NCBI GenBank assembly: GCA_003649205.1
Contig: QMRC01000006.1
Coordinates: 1-64,000 of the forward strand
DNA from: Thermoprotei archaeon
GTDB lineage: Archaea > Thermoproteota > Thermoprotei > Thermoproteales > B15-G16
DNA: 64,000 nt
Direction: 5' to 3'
Shown here piece after piece: positions 50,241 to 58,211 of the stretch (the stretch's first letter is position 1; every line of letters starts with the position of its first letter). The position numbers and the translations under genes were made by a program. Under the pieces are notes generated by a model. The model had not been told where the DNA came from. It worked only from the letters and a program-made list of their open reading frames with translations, and did no database searches.

Positions 50241-50485
50241 CCATTGTCAACTATGTCGAGGTAATTAGGAACATCATACTCAATGCTTTGAAGGAGCATG
50301 GCTACATTAGTGACCTAGAGCTTGTTAGGGCTGTCAAAGAGGCTACGGGACTCAGCTACGTAGACTTTGCTCCCATTCTTGAGCAGGTACTGAGTGAGCT
50401 AATGAGGTCTGGCGCAATTAGACGTGTAATGTCAGCAAGCAACCCGAGAAAGGTCGAGCATGGGTGGGAGCTGTGTACACAATAA
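50237..50485 (+). CDS. Small wHTH-like proviral protein
   Basis: LEQVLSELMRSGAIRR; GTGA-coupled to the RHH gene. Confidence 0.6.
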   Translation: MTIVNYVEVIRNIILNALKEHGYISDLELVRAVKEATGLSYVDFAPILEQVLSELMRSGAIRRVMSASNPRKVEHGWELCTQ

Positions 50486-50829
50486 AGCCGAATGGATTCT
50501 ACCTCAGGTTGGTTTTGGATGCACTGAAGTACTGTGCTAGGACTGAAAGAGGCTCTATTGTGTCTATTTACCCAAAGAAAGTCGCTAAGTTAAATGGGTA
50601 CAGTGTTCGTGCATGTGGGAGGTATAGAGATGACAGTGAGGTAGAGAGGTCGCTATCCCCTGCCGAGCTATCTATCATTAGGTACTGGCTGGATTACCTC
50701 TGGGTCAATGGGCTGTGTAGCCGTGAGAAGACTAGTCGTGACAGGTGGAACTACGTATTCCCGAGGGAGAACTTGCCTAAGGCTATCAAGCTACTTGAGG
50801 AGGTGCTCAATGGTGAAGTACAAGATTGA
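50464..50829 (+). CDS. Hypothetical proviral protein
   Basis: 121 aa in coupled operon. Confidence 0.55.
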   Translation: MGAVYTIKPNGFYLRLVLDALKYCARTERGSIVSIYPKKVAKLNGYSVRACGRYRDDSEVERSLSPAELSIIRYWLDYLWVNGLCSREKTSRDRWNYVFPRENLPKAIKLLEEVLNGEVQD

Positions 50830-50950
50830 GGAGATAGTCAAGGAGTTGAAGGTTGCTCTCAGGGATAGAGAACTCAGAGAAGCATTGCTGAAGCACTTCT
50901 CCAACAACCCAAAGGCTCAAGCAATCATACTACTCCTGTCAGGTGAGTGA
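50810..50950 (+). CDS. 46-aa proviral protein (ATG at 50810)
   Basis: GAGGAGGTG RBS before ATG; MVKYKIEEIVKELK... Confidence 0.6.
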   Translation: MVKYKIEEIVKELKVALRDRELREALLKHFSNNPKAQAIILLLSGE

Positions 50951-51189
50951 GCATGATTGAGCTGAGTTTCAAGACGAAGCGGGACTTCGATAACTGGGTT
51001 AAGGCGCTGTATGACTTCGGTTCGAATCACTGTGTTGAGCCTGTCGTCATCAAGCTAGATGGTAATGACCTCTACGACAGGTACATGGTCTGCATTGTGT
51101 ACCATGCTTGGACTGAGGAAGGTGCTTACGCAGTGACCTGTCTAGCCCGCATAGTAGCGATAGTGTACAGGGAAGGTGAGCAGAAGTGA
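50947..51189 (+). CDS. Hypothetical proviral protein
   Basis: GTGA start/stop overlap, AGGTGA RBS. Confidence 0.55.
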   Translation: MSMIELSFKTKRDFDNWVKALYDFGSNHCVEPVVIKLDGNDLYDRYMVCIVYHAWTEEGAYAVTCLARIVAIVYREGEQK

Positions 51190-51368
51190 GTCGCTACCAC
51201 GGGCACAAGGTAACTATCACGATTATTGCGACAACAGGTTCTGGACTACCGACAGGTGAGCGAAAGAGCGATTTCATTAGATTCATGGTCGAGCAGGTAC
51301 TGGAACGTGAGCTTTCTAAGAGGCTCCGTGATTTCCGTGTCCTCAAAGTCATGGTGAAGGTGATGTAG
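51186..51368 (+). CDS. Hypothetical proviral protein
   Basis: GTGA overlap, AGGTGA RBS. Confidence 0.55.
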   Translation: MSRYHGHKVTITIIATTGSGLPTGERKSDFIRFMVEQVLERELSKRLRDFRVLKVMVKVM

Positions 51369-51447
51369 ATGGTTCCTGCTACTACTACCTATTCTATTTC
51401 TAGTAATTCGTTTAGACAAAATACGCGGGACATTAAACGCGGTTCAG

Positions 51448-51572
51448 ATTGGAACCAATGTTCCCTCTCAGAGGAATCATTGAAACCAATCATTGGAATC
51501 AATGTCAGTGGTATGATTGGAACCAATGATTGGAACCAATCATTCCACTCGCTTAGTCTCATTGGTTCCAAA
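51448..51572. repeat. Array of six quasi-palindromic ATTGGAACCAAT units (candidate origin or operator)
   Basis: Copies at 51448, 51479, 51492, 51516, 51529 and inverted at 51561. Confidence 0.8.
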
Positions 51573-51583
51573 AACGGAGAGAG

Positions 51584-51907
51584 GTGTTGAGTATCCCCCG
51601 AATAACTATCTACATCCATGAGAGCGATTGGGAAAAGCTGACGAAAATAGCTGAGCAGAGAGGACAATCAATGTACAGCATAGTGAAGCAAGTAGTACTT
51701 GAGTTCCTGAAGCTAAGTAACCCAATTGTTGCTCATGGTAAGCTTTCTAGGGATTTAGCTACCTGTCGGAGCATTATCAAGCGATTTGGTTGGTGTGCTC
51801 TCTGCATACATGCTGAGGTTGTTGGTGATAGGTTAGTCTGCAGAAAGACAGGCAAAGTCATAGAAAAACCCATATGGCAATGCCCACACCCCATACCCAA
51901 GGTGTAA
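51584..51907 (+). CDS. RHH protein with C-terminal Cys-rich (Zn) domain
   Basis: RITIYIHESDWEKL..IAEQRGQSMYSIVK; CALC...C...CP; GAGAGGTG RBS. Confidence 0.75.
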   Translation: MLSIPRITIYIHESDWEKLTKIAEQRGQSMYSIVKQVVLEFLKLSNPIVAHGKLSRDLATCRSIIKRFGWCALCIHAEVVGDRLVCRKTGKVIEKPIWQCPHPIPKV

Positions 51908-51983
51908 ATCATGCTTTTTACACAGCTGCAGCTGTGTAAATGATTTTTACTCACTGACAGGTGCGTAAATTTGGTGAGAATTC

Positions 51984-52352
51984 ATGTCCGAGATGGAGAA
52001 GTTAATTAGGAACCTGAACATACTGCGAAACTACTTCAGCAAGGTACCACCTGAAGTCATTGAGGCTCTCATGTACTTTGAGGATAGGTTCTTCACTGAG
52101 AAATACCATGTTGTTCGCTCTAAGACAGGTAGGGAGTATCGCTACAGGTACCTCTACATCAGGTTGAATGACTACAGGACACTAGGTTACTTCAGGATAA
52201 ATGATAGCAATGATGAATTGCTGCTACACGAAATTAGGCAGGTCAAGGCATTTTCACAAGCACTACTACAGTACATAGCAATGCTCAGACACAGCAAACT
52301 AGCAAACCTCACCAAAATTTACTCAAGGACCTTGAGTAAAAACAACCAATAA
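51984..52352 (+). CDS. Hypothetical proviral protein with a basic beta-hairpin
   Basis: HVVRSKTGREYRYRYLY; GGTGA RBS. Confidence 0.6.
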   Translation: MSEMEKLIRNLNILRNYFSKVPPEVIEALMYFEDRFFTEKYHVVRSKTGREYRYRYLYIRLNDYRTLGYFRINDSNDELLLHEIRQVKAFSQALLQYIAMLRHSKLANLTKIYSRTLSKNNQ

Positions 52353-52413
52353 CACATCAGCAATTGGGGAAATTGAATTGGGGTGATGCCCCCTGAACCT
52401 CAAGGTCTATTTC

Positions 52414-53400
52414 GTGAAGAAAACTAGGCAATACGAGGTCTATGAGGGCTCTAGGAGAATCCTCAGGACTAAGGTACATGCAAAAGCTCACGAGTACCTA
52501 TCGAAACAAATCAATTCAAGTTTTGAGTTCTACTTTGTTTGTTGCAATAGGGAGCACCTGTTAGCATGTTCACGTTTCTTTGAACTCACAGGTCGCAGGC
52601 TCAATGTGTTGATTAGTTACAACTTCATACGTGACAGGTACCTCACACAGGTGCTTCAGCAAGTTAGACCACACCTAAGCAAAGTCATGATTGATTCAGG
52701 TGCTTTCCATGTACTTATCCGCAAGGTACCCCTGGAAAAGTTCCAGAGCTACATAGGTGAGTACGTGAATTGGCTCAACAACCACACAGAGCTTTACGAC
52801 TACTGTGTCGCACCTGACGTACCCTGTGATGAACGACCCGCAGAAAAAATCCAGAAACTACCAAACAGGTACAAGATAGAGCTAACCATAGCTAACACAG
52901 TTCACTGGATAGATAGGTTGACAGACCCTCGCAAGGCTGTGGCTGTAGTTCAGGGTTATTTCGTGAATGAGTACCTGCTCTGTGCTGAGAAGCTGAAAGA
53001 ACTCGGGCTCACAACAGCAAAGACAGGTGTCGGCTCTTTATGTGTCAGGAAATACAGTAGACAACAAGCACGTGAAGTACCACAGATACTAGCTAGCATA
53101 AGACAGGTCTTACCGTCATGGGTGAAACTTCACGCATTCGGTCTTCAGCTAGATTTCTTACCGACCTGTCTCAAGTACCTACACAGCTCAGACAGTGCCT
53201 CATGGCAATTAAGTTACTCAAAGTTCAATAGGATACGAATAGCGAACCTGTCGACAGGTCAAACAGTTGAGCTTGATTTAGTTAGTCATGGCGGAGCGAG
53301 GAAAAAGAACCTAGACCAAGTCACGATATACACATACAACCTCTTAGCCTACTGGAATAGAGTTCAGCAACTAACGAGACAGGCAGCACAGACAAAATAA
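52414..53400 (+). CDS. dpdA: TGT-fold DpdA-like deazaguanine DNA transglycosylase
   Basis: IDSGAF, APDVP, VVQG, GVGS, LHAFG, SSDSASW in TGT order; no Zn-binding or PUA domain. Confidence 0.8.
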   Translation: MKKTRQYEVYEGSRRILRTKVHAKAHEYLSKQINSSFEFYFVCCNREHLLACSRFFELTGRRLNVLISYNFIRDRYLTQVLQQVRPHLSKVMIDSGAFHVLIRKVPLEKFQSYIGEYVNWLNNHTELYDYCVAPDVPCDERPAEKIQKLPNRYKIELTIANTVHWIDRLTDPRKAVAVVQGYFVNEYLLCAEKLKELGLTTAKTGVGSLCVRKYSRQQAREVPQILASIRQVLPSWVKLHAFGLQLDFLPTCLKYLHSSDSASWQLSYSKFNRIRIANLSTGQTVELDLVSHGGARKKNLDQVTIYTYNLLAYWNRVQQLTRQAAQTK

Positions 53401-53419
53401 AGTAAGTGTTGAAAACTGC

Positions 53420-54184
53420 TCAAGTCCCCATGTTCTCTATCTCATGTCCTGTAGGGTATAGGTTCAGTTTCTTTATGTACTTGTACACTGTTTGACGTGA
53501 AACACCGAGTGCTCTAGCTATATCACTTATACTGTAACCTTTCTTCAACATATCCTCAATAGTCTTCTCCCTATTAGCAGTCTGGATAGCTACCTGTAAG
53601 TCCATGAACACCTTCTCAACAAAGAGCCTCCTCATTTCCTGATACTTCACATAGATGTCGTGGTCTAGCTTAGGCACGAAGGTATCTACACCAATTTCCT
53701 TCACCACGAACTTACCCGTAGGAGTCCACGTAAACCTGTAGATGTGTGCCTCTCTCTCACCTTGCTTACTCTTCCTAATGTGTACATGTATCCAACACAT
53801 CTCACGTAGTGCTCTTAAGAGCAGGCGATAGGTAGGTACCGTGAATATGACAGCACCTGTCACAGTCCTAGCAACCTCAAGGAACTTTACAAATAGCTGA
53901 CGGTCTTCTTTAAGAAAGTCATATTTGCTTATCCACACACCAGCATCATCATAGCACAGACACTTAACACGCTTACGATACCTAAGACACTCCCTAATAA
54001 TTGGGAAAGACTGCTTAACATCGAAGAATACGTAGTTGAGAGCAGTCTCCCTACAATACAGCTCACTCAAGACCTTGATAGCGTAGGTAGTCTTACCAAC
54101 CCCTTGCTGACCCTGAATAACAATAACCTCAAATCCATTGTTCCTGAAAGCACGCTCAATTATCTTAGTTAGGACAAACGGCAT
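53420..54184 (-). CDS. P-loop ATPase with C-terminal HTH (fusellovirus B251-like)
   Basis: NNGF..IVIQGQQGVGKTTYA, YDDAGVW, IFTVP; SISDIARALGVSRQTVYKY. Confidence 0.8.
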   Translation of the reverse strand: MPFVLTKIIERAFRNNGFEVIVIQGQQGVGKTTYAIKVLSELYCRETALNYVFFDVKQSFPIIRECLRYRKRVKCLCYDDAGVWISKYDFLKEDRQLFVKFLEVARTVTGAVIFTVPTYRLLLRALREMCWIHVHIRKSKQGEREAHIYRFTWTPTGKFVVKEIGVDTFVPKLDHDIYVKYQEMRRLFVEKVFMDLQVAIQTANREKTIEDMLKKGYSISDIARALGVSRQTVYKYIKKLNLYPTGHEIENMGT

Positions 54185-54187
54185 ACC

Positions 54188-54490
54188 TCACTCCTCCTCA
54201 ATCTCCTCCTCACGACCAACAGGTATGAACCTCTTACGACCCATTACATGCGTTATAGTCCTGAAGAACTTAGCAAACGATAGCAGAGCTGAGTAACCAC
54301 GACCGCCCTCAGCTAACCTCAACTCAAGGTAAGGTATGATGAATGAGTCTCTCAAGTCCTGAAGGTTGTACCTGTCGCATATGAAGAGCAACGTAGCTAT
54401 CTTACGAGCCTCACCATACTGCAACCTAGTTAAGCGAAGTATGTTCCCCGAGGTAAGAGCCTCAATTAGTTCCTCTGACATGAGCCTCAC
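54188..54490 (-). CDS. Hypothetical proviral protein
   Basis: ~100 aa in coupled operon with ATPase; GAGGTGA RBS. Confidence 0.6.
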   Translation of the reverse strand: MRLMSEELIEALTSGNILRLTRLQYGEARKIATLLFICDRYNLQDLRDSFIIPYLELRLAEGGRGYSALLSFAKFFRTITHVMGRKRFIPVGREEEIEEE

Positions 54491-54491
54491 C

Positions 54492-54947
54492 TCACAGGTG
54501 AATGATACCGAACTTCACGAGCATGAACATGATGTACGCACCTATGATTAACCCACAAATCAGAGCAATGATGACAGGAGTAGCCCTAACAGGTACCTTC
54601 TCCGTTAGCAGAGCCCTCAGTACCTGTCCCTTGATAATCTGCGATATAGTGTCACTATCAATGTAGGGGTCTTGATATTGACCACAGAAGTACACTATCT
54701 TTCTGACAGGTGCCCACACCTTCACGTCTCTAAACACCCTAACCCTACCCCCAGCAAGCACCAGCTTCCTCTCCGGATTGAGCAATTTAGCAGGCGTAAT
54801 CTCGACATGCTTATCGTTCACGATAATAGCTATGTGCTTTGACCTGAAGATACGTCCTTCAGGTCTCGCTAGGAACATCATGATGAATGTGACAGGTATA
54901 GCTACGCAGTATATTGCGACTAGGATAGGGCTCAACATAGGGCTCAC
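54492..54947 (-). CDS. Proviral membrane protein (N- and C-terminal TM)
   Basis: Two hydrophobic segments flanking a soluble beta region. Confidence 0.65.
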   Translation of the reverse strand: MSPMLSPILVAIYCVAIPVTFIMMFLARPEGRIFRSKHIAIIVNDKHVEITPAKLLNPERKLVLAGGRVRVFRDVKVWAPVRKIVYFCGQYQDPYIDSDTISQIIKGQVLRALLTEKVPVRATPVIIALICGLIIGAYIMFMLVKFGIIHL

Positions 54948-55469
54948 CTACAGAGTCTTCTCAGCTTCAGCAATGAGCTTGTTCAGGACCTGCTCAACCC
55001 TCTCAATTCGCTTAGCTAACTCACTGAGCCTATCCTCACTATGATTTGAGCCTAGCTTACTCACGTCGATAGCGTCTAGGAATATCGAGAGCGGAACAGC
55101 AATAGCGTACTCAAACCTCTCAACCTTACCACTCTGCTCGACAGGTATCGTAACTTGCTGAGCCTCCCTCTCCCTCACCAAAATCAGAACACGGTCAGGA
55201 TTCCTAACCGCAGAGACAGGTAGCTTAGACAGGTACGGTCTCCTACCTGTCTCACTTTCGGACGTGTACGGTCTACCTCTCTGAAAGTGAAGTACTAAGC
55301 ACAGAGCACCGAGACTAGCTAGAGCAATGAAACCAACCCACTTCAGCGTAAAGACCGCTCCAGAGGATATCTTAGCAGTCAGTGGTGACAGGTATGGGTC
55401 ATACCAAATCAAGTACATGACTGCACCTGTGAGCAGTGCTGTGCTCAGGTAAAGGAAACGAGTACTCAC
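54948..55469 (-). CDS. Proviral membrane protein with C-terminal coiled coil
   Basis: Two N-terminal TMs; LSELAKRIERVEQVL. Confidence 0.65.
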   Translation of the reverse strand: MSTRFLYLSTALLTGAVMYLIWYDPYLSPLTAKISSGAVFTLKWVGFIALASLGALCLVLHFQRGRPYTSESETGRRPYLSKLPVSAVRNPDRVLILVREREAQQVTIPVEQSGKVERFEYAIAVPLSIFLDAIDVSKLGSNHSEDRLSELAKRIERVEQVLNKLIAEAEKTL

Positions 55470-55594
55470 TTACAACCCACCTCACTTATGTAAACTTTTT
55501 CACAAAAACCATAAGGTCAACTTGCGAGATATCCTGAATAATCACTGAACACGGAGCAAACCTGAGACAGGTCGAAAAGTAGGAGGTGAAGTAG

Positions 55595-55954
55595 GTGGAC
55601 ATAGACCTAGGGAACATCCTGAGAGCTGTCCTGTTTGTAGCCCTAATACCCACGCTATTCGGAGCTATAGCTGGATTCGTTGACCCTTCACTACAACCAA
55701 TGATACAGCCCCTACTCAGCCTAGTACCAATGCTCATAATCCTCAACCTAATCAAAGACCTGTTCTCAGAAGCTGGAGCAAAGGGATTCGTCAAGATATT
55801 CGATATCCTACTGCTCGTAATGATGTTACCTGTCCTAATCAACATGTTCGGAGCAGCCACAGGACAAAACGAAGCACTAGCACAAGTCTCAGGACTCCTA
55901 CAGCAACTCCTACCAATCCTACTATTCATCAAGCTCATCGAAGAGATGGTTTAG
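55595..55954 (+). CDS. Putative major capsid protein with two tandem fusellovirus VP1/VP3-like hydrophobic hairpins
   Basis: Two ~55-aa repeats, each helix(LIP/LP)-linker-helix(LLSLVPMLII / LLQQLLPILLF); strong GGAGGTGA RBS. Confidence 0.65.
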   Translation: MDIDLGNILRAVLFVALIPTLFGAIAGFVDPSLQPMIQPLLSLVPMLIILNLIKDLFSEAGAKGFVKIFDILLLVMMLPVLINMFGAATGQNEALAQVSGLLQQLLPILLFIKLIEEMV

Positions 55955-55975
55955 TTCCTTCGAGGTGATTAAGCT

Positions 55976-57730
55976 ATGAAACCCAAGCCCCTTTTTGCAA
56001 TCTTAACAGTACTCACTCTAGTGCTCATAGTGGCGGTTGTTAATGCTGGTGAGTACACGCTATACGATGTACTTCAGTACGCTCATGAGGTACATGTCTT
56101 CGGAAAGACATACAACACAGCAAGTTATGGCACCACAACTTACTCTGGGACATGGAATCTAACTGATGTTGTGTCGGGGAGGAAAGTTACATTTGGCTAC
56201 AGGCAATACCTACAAGACCCAGATAGCTCCGACACAATCGTTATTGTGTTTCAGAAGAATACAGCTATCGAGGTCGGTACTGGTAGCGGGAAGTGTGTCT
56301 ACGGTAAACCTGTCGTAATTACGTATGATACTGAAACAGGAAGGAGGACTATGTACTACATTGATGGCGGTGAACTGAAGAAAGTAGGTGAATTCACTGG
56401 TGGTACCTACGTCTACTGGAACGGTACAAAGTTATGTCAAGCACTACGTTTCAAGGACTGGTTAGATTTCCACAAGTTCTTTAACAACACATGCATGTTA
56501 ATACTCCCAGACATCACGACATACGACTACAGGATAATTGATGGGTCTTCCGAGCTATTAAAGGATAAGTGTGGTGGAAATGGTTTCCACACCCTCATTA
56601 TCTTCGGTGGTGAGTACCTAAACAAATCGATAATTGTTGAAGTTGCTGGAGCCTACGGAATCAAGAACATAACGCTCACTACAGAACTCAACACAGTCTA
56701 CACGATTGACCCAAAGCACTTGAAGTTAGCTGTGTTCACAGGTAACCTAACGGAGACGCTATCGAGGGCGAGCCAGAGCACAGAGGAAAGTACACAGGAA
56801 AGTACAACTAACACGACAAACGAGACCTCAACACCAACCACAGCACCAGAGACGAAGGTGTACAAGGTCACGATACATGTCTACGATGTGGATACCAATG
56901 AGGAAATCACATCAGCAATGGTTAAGGCGGGTTGGTTCACGAAGACAGGTTCACCTGTTACCTTTGAGTTCAAGTGGAAGGAACCACAGTGGTTACCTAT
57001 CTCAGCTAGTGCTACAGGTTACAAGTCCTTCAGCACAACTATCTGGGTCGATACCAACATGACGCTGTGGGTAGGGCTAGTCAAGGAAACCTCGAACAGC
57101 ACCGAGCAATACAGTAAATTACTGAGGCTCGGTGTCTCAATTGCGGGTGTTGGTTCAACTCCATATTGGGCTCAGGAAAACAAGACATTCACAGAGTGGG
57201 CTAATGAGGTTGAGCAGTTACTATCCTCATCACAGGCTCCTGAGGTTAAGTATGAGACTACGTGGTATGGTTTGAAGATAGTCGCTGTGAAGGTACCTTC
57301 AGGTAGACCAGCATACGGAGTAGCGACTATTGTCGCTGTTAAGAAAGGATTTCTCGGTACCCTAACATGGGAAGAAGAACTCGGTACTGTGCAAATAGTG
57401 AATGGTACGGGTTATTTCCATGTTGACTACGAGACAATCAAGAACAAGCTACAACTCAAAGAGTGGGGAGGGGAGTACTTCTACGGTTTCAAGATTGTAT
57501 GGAAGGTCGGTGACCTAGACCCAGAGGTCGAGGTTGTACCTGTCAAGAATACATGGACGCCTGTCTACATTCAGGTGAATGAGCAGACAGGAACCTACTC
57601 AGCAACAACACTACCACAGACAGCATTAACGAATGTCGGAACATCACTAACACAGATGCTCATAACCCTACTACCACTGTTCATCATATTCGCACTCATT
57701 GGAGCTATTACAGGTCGTAGAAGGCGATAG
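55976..57730 (+). CDS. Virion spike/adhesin-like glycoprotein
   Basis: Signal peptide, beta-rich domains, S/T linker, 12 N-X-S/T sequons, C-terminal TM plus RRRR. Confidence 0.7.
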   Translation: MKPKPLFAILTVLTLVLIVAVVNAGEYTLYDVLQYAHEVHVFGKTYNTASYGTTTYSGTWNLTDVVSGRKVTFGYRQYLQDPDSSDTIVIVFQKNTAIEVGTGSGKCVYGKPVVITYDTETGRRTMYYIDGGELKKVGEFTGGTYVYWNGTKLCQALRFKDWLDFHKFFNNTCMLILPDITTYDYRIIDGSSELLKDKCGGNGFHTLIIFGGEYLNKSIIVEVAGAYGIKNITLTTELNTVYTIDPKHLKLAVFTGNLTETLSRASQSTEESTQESTTNTTNETSTPTTAPETKVYKVTIHVYDVDTNEEITSAMVKAGWFTKTGSPVTFEFKWKEPQWLPISASATGYKSFSTTIWVDTNMTLWVGLVKETSNSTEQYSKLLRLGVSIAGVGSTPYWAQENKTFTEWANEVEQLLSSSQAPEVKYETTWYGLKIVAVKVPSGRPAYGVATIVAVKKGFLGTLTWEEELGTVQIVNGTGYFHVDYETIKNKLQLKEWGGEYFYGFKIVWKVGDLDPEVEVVPVKNTWTPVYIQVNEQTGTYSATTLPQTALTNVGTSLTQMLITLLPLFIIFALIGAITGRRRR

Positions 57731-57733
57731 AGC

Positions 57734-58036
57734 ATGACTAACCGCTACGTCTACCTTGGAAAGAAAGTGAAGGACATAGGCAAGAAAGGACTAGACCGAC
57801 CAAGCGAGTACCTAGCAATAGCGAGAGCTATAGCACAAGACTACAAGGCTGGTAGGATAAGTAAAAAGACTGCTCACGGACGCTTTTTACTACTTTACAG
57901 GCTCGTGGATAAGAATAGCAAGCTGAAGGTACCTAAGTCAGTTAAGGAACGTCTCAAACGCAAGATTAAGGAAATCTGGATGAAGACCATTGGAGGTGGG
58001 AAGGTGGCTCGAAAGAGGAAAAGAAAGAAAAGGTAG
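57734..58036 (+). CDS. Highly basic protein, putative virion nucleoprotein (VP2 analogue)
   Basis: K/R-rich, ends RKRKRKKR; in the structural operon. Confidence 0.65.
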   Translation: MTNRYVYLGKKVKDIGKKGLDRPSEYLAIARAIAQDYKAGRISKKTAHGRFLLLYRLVDKNSKLKVPKSVKERLKRKIKEIWMKTIGGGKVARKRKRKKR

Positions 58037-58194
58037 GCTCAAGTCACATCACCTGTATGTCGCTCTAACTACCTAATTTCTTGAGCTTGCTCTAGTCCTC
58101 AAGAATTCTTTACACATGTCTCATGTCCTGCGACCTGTCACCTAGACCTGAACTAGCTCAAGACAGAAGGTGGGTGACTTCTCTCAACTTATTT

Positions 58195-58211
58195 AGGTCA
58201 GACAAGGCTGA
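58195..58211 (+). repeat. attR direct repeat AGGTCAGACAAGGCTGA
   Basis: Identical to 47408-47424. Confidence 0.92.

Larger units (their letters stand above)
47408..58211. mobile_element. Integrated provirus (~10.8 kb), spindle-shaped-virus-like gene content
   Basis: 17-bp direct repeats; integrase, wHTH/RHH, ATPase, hydrophobic MCP-like, spike-like and basic proteins; distinct oligonucleotide usage. Confidence 0.9.

Noticed and set aside
51448-51572. CRISPR array
   Set aside because: Units are 12 bp with 1-20 nt irregular gaps and one inversion; no unique 30-45 nt spacers and no cas genes.
51369-51667. ORFs 51369-51590 (+) and 51389-51667 (-)
   Set aside because: Their repeated DWNQ/WFQS peptides are just translations of the DNA repeat array.
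55486-55938. 150-aa minus-strand ORF
   Set aside because: Antisense shadow of the MCP-like gene, which has the strong RBS.
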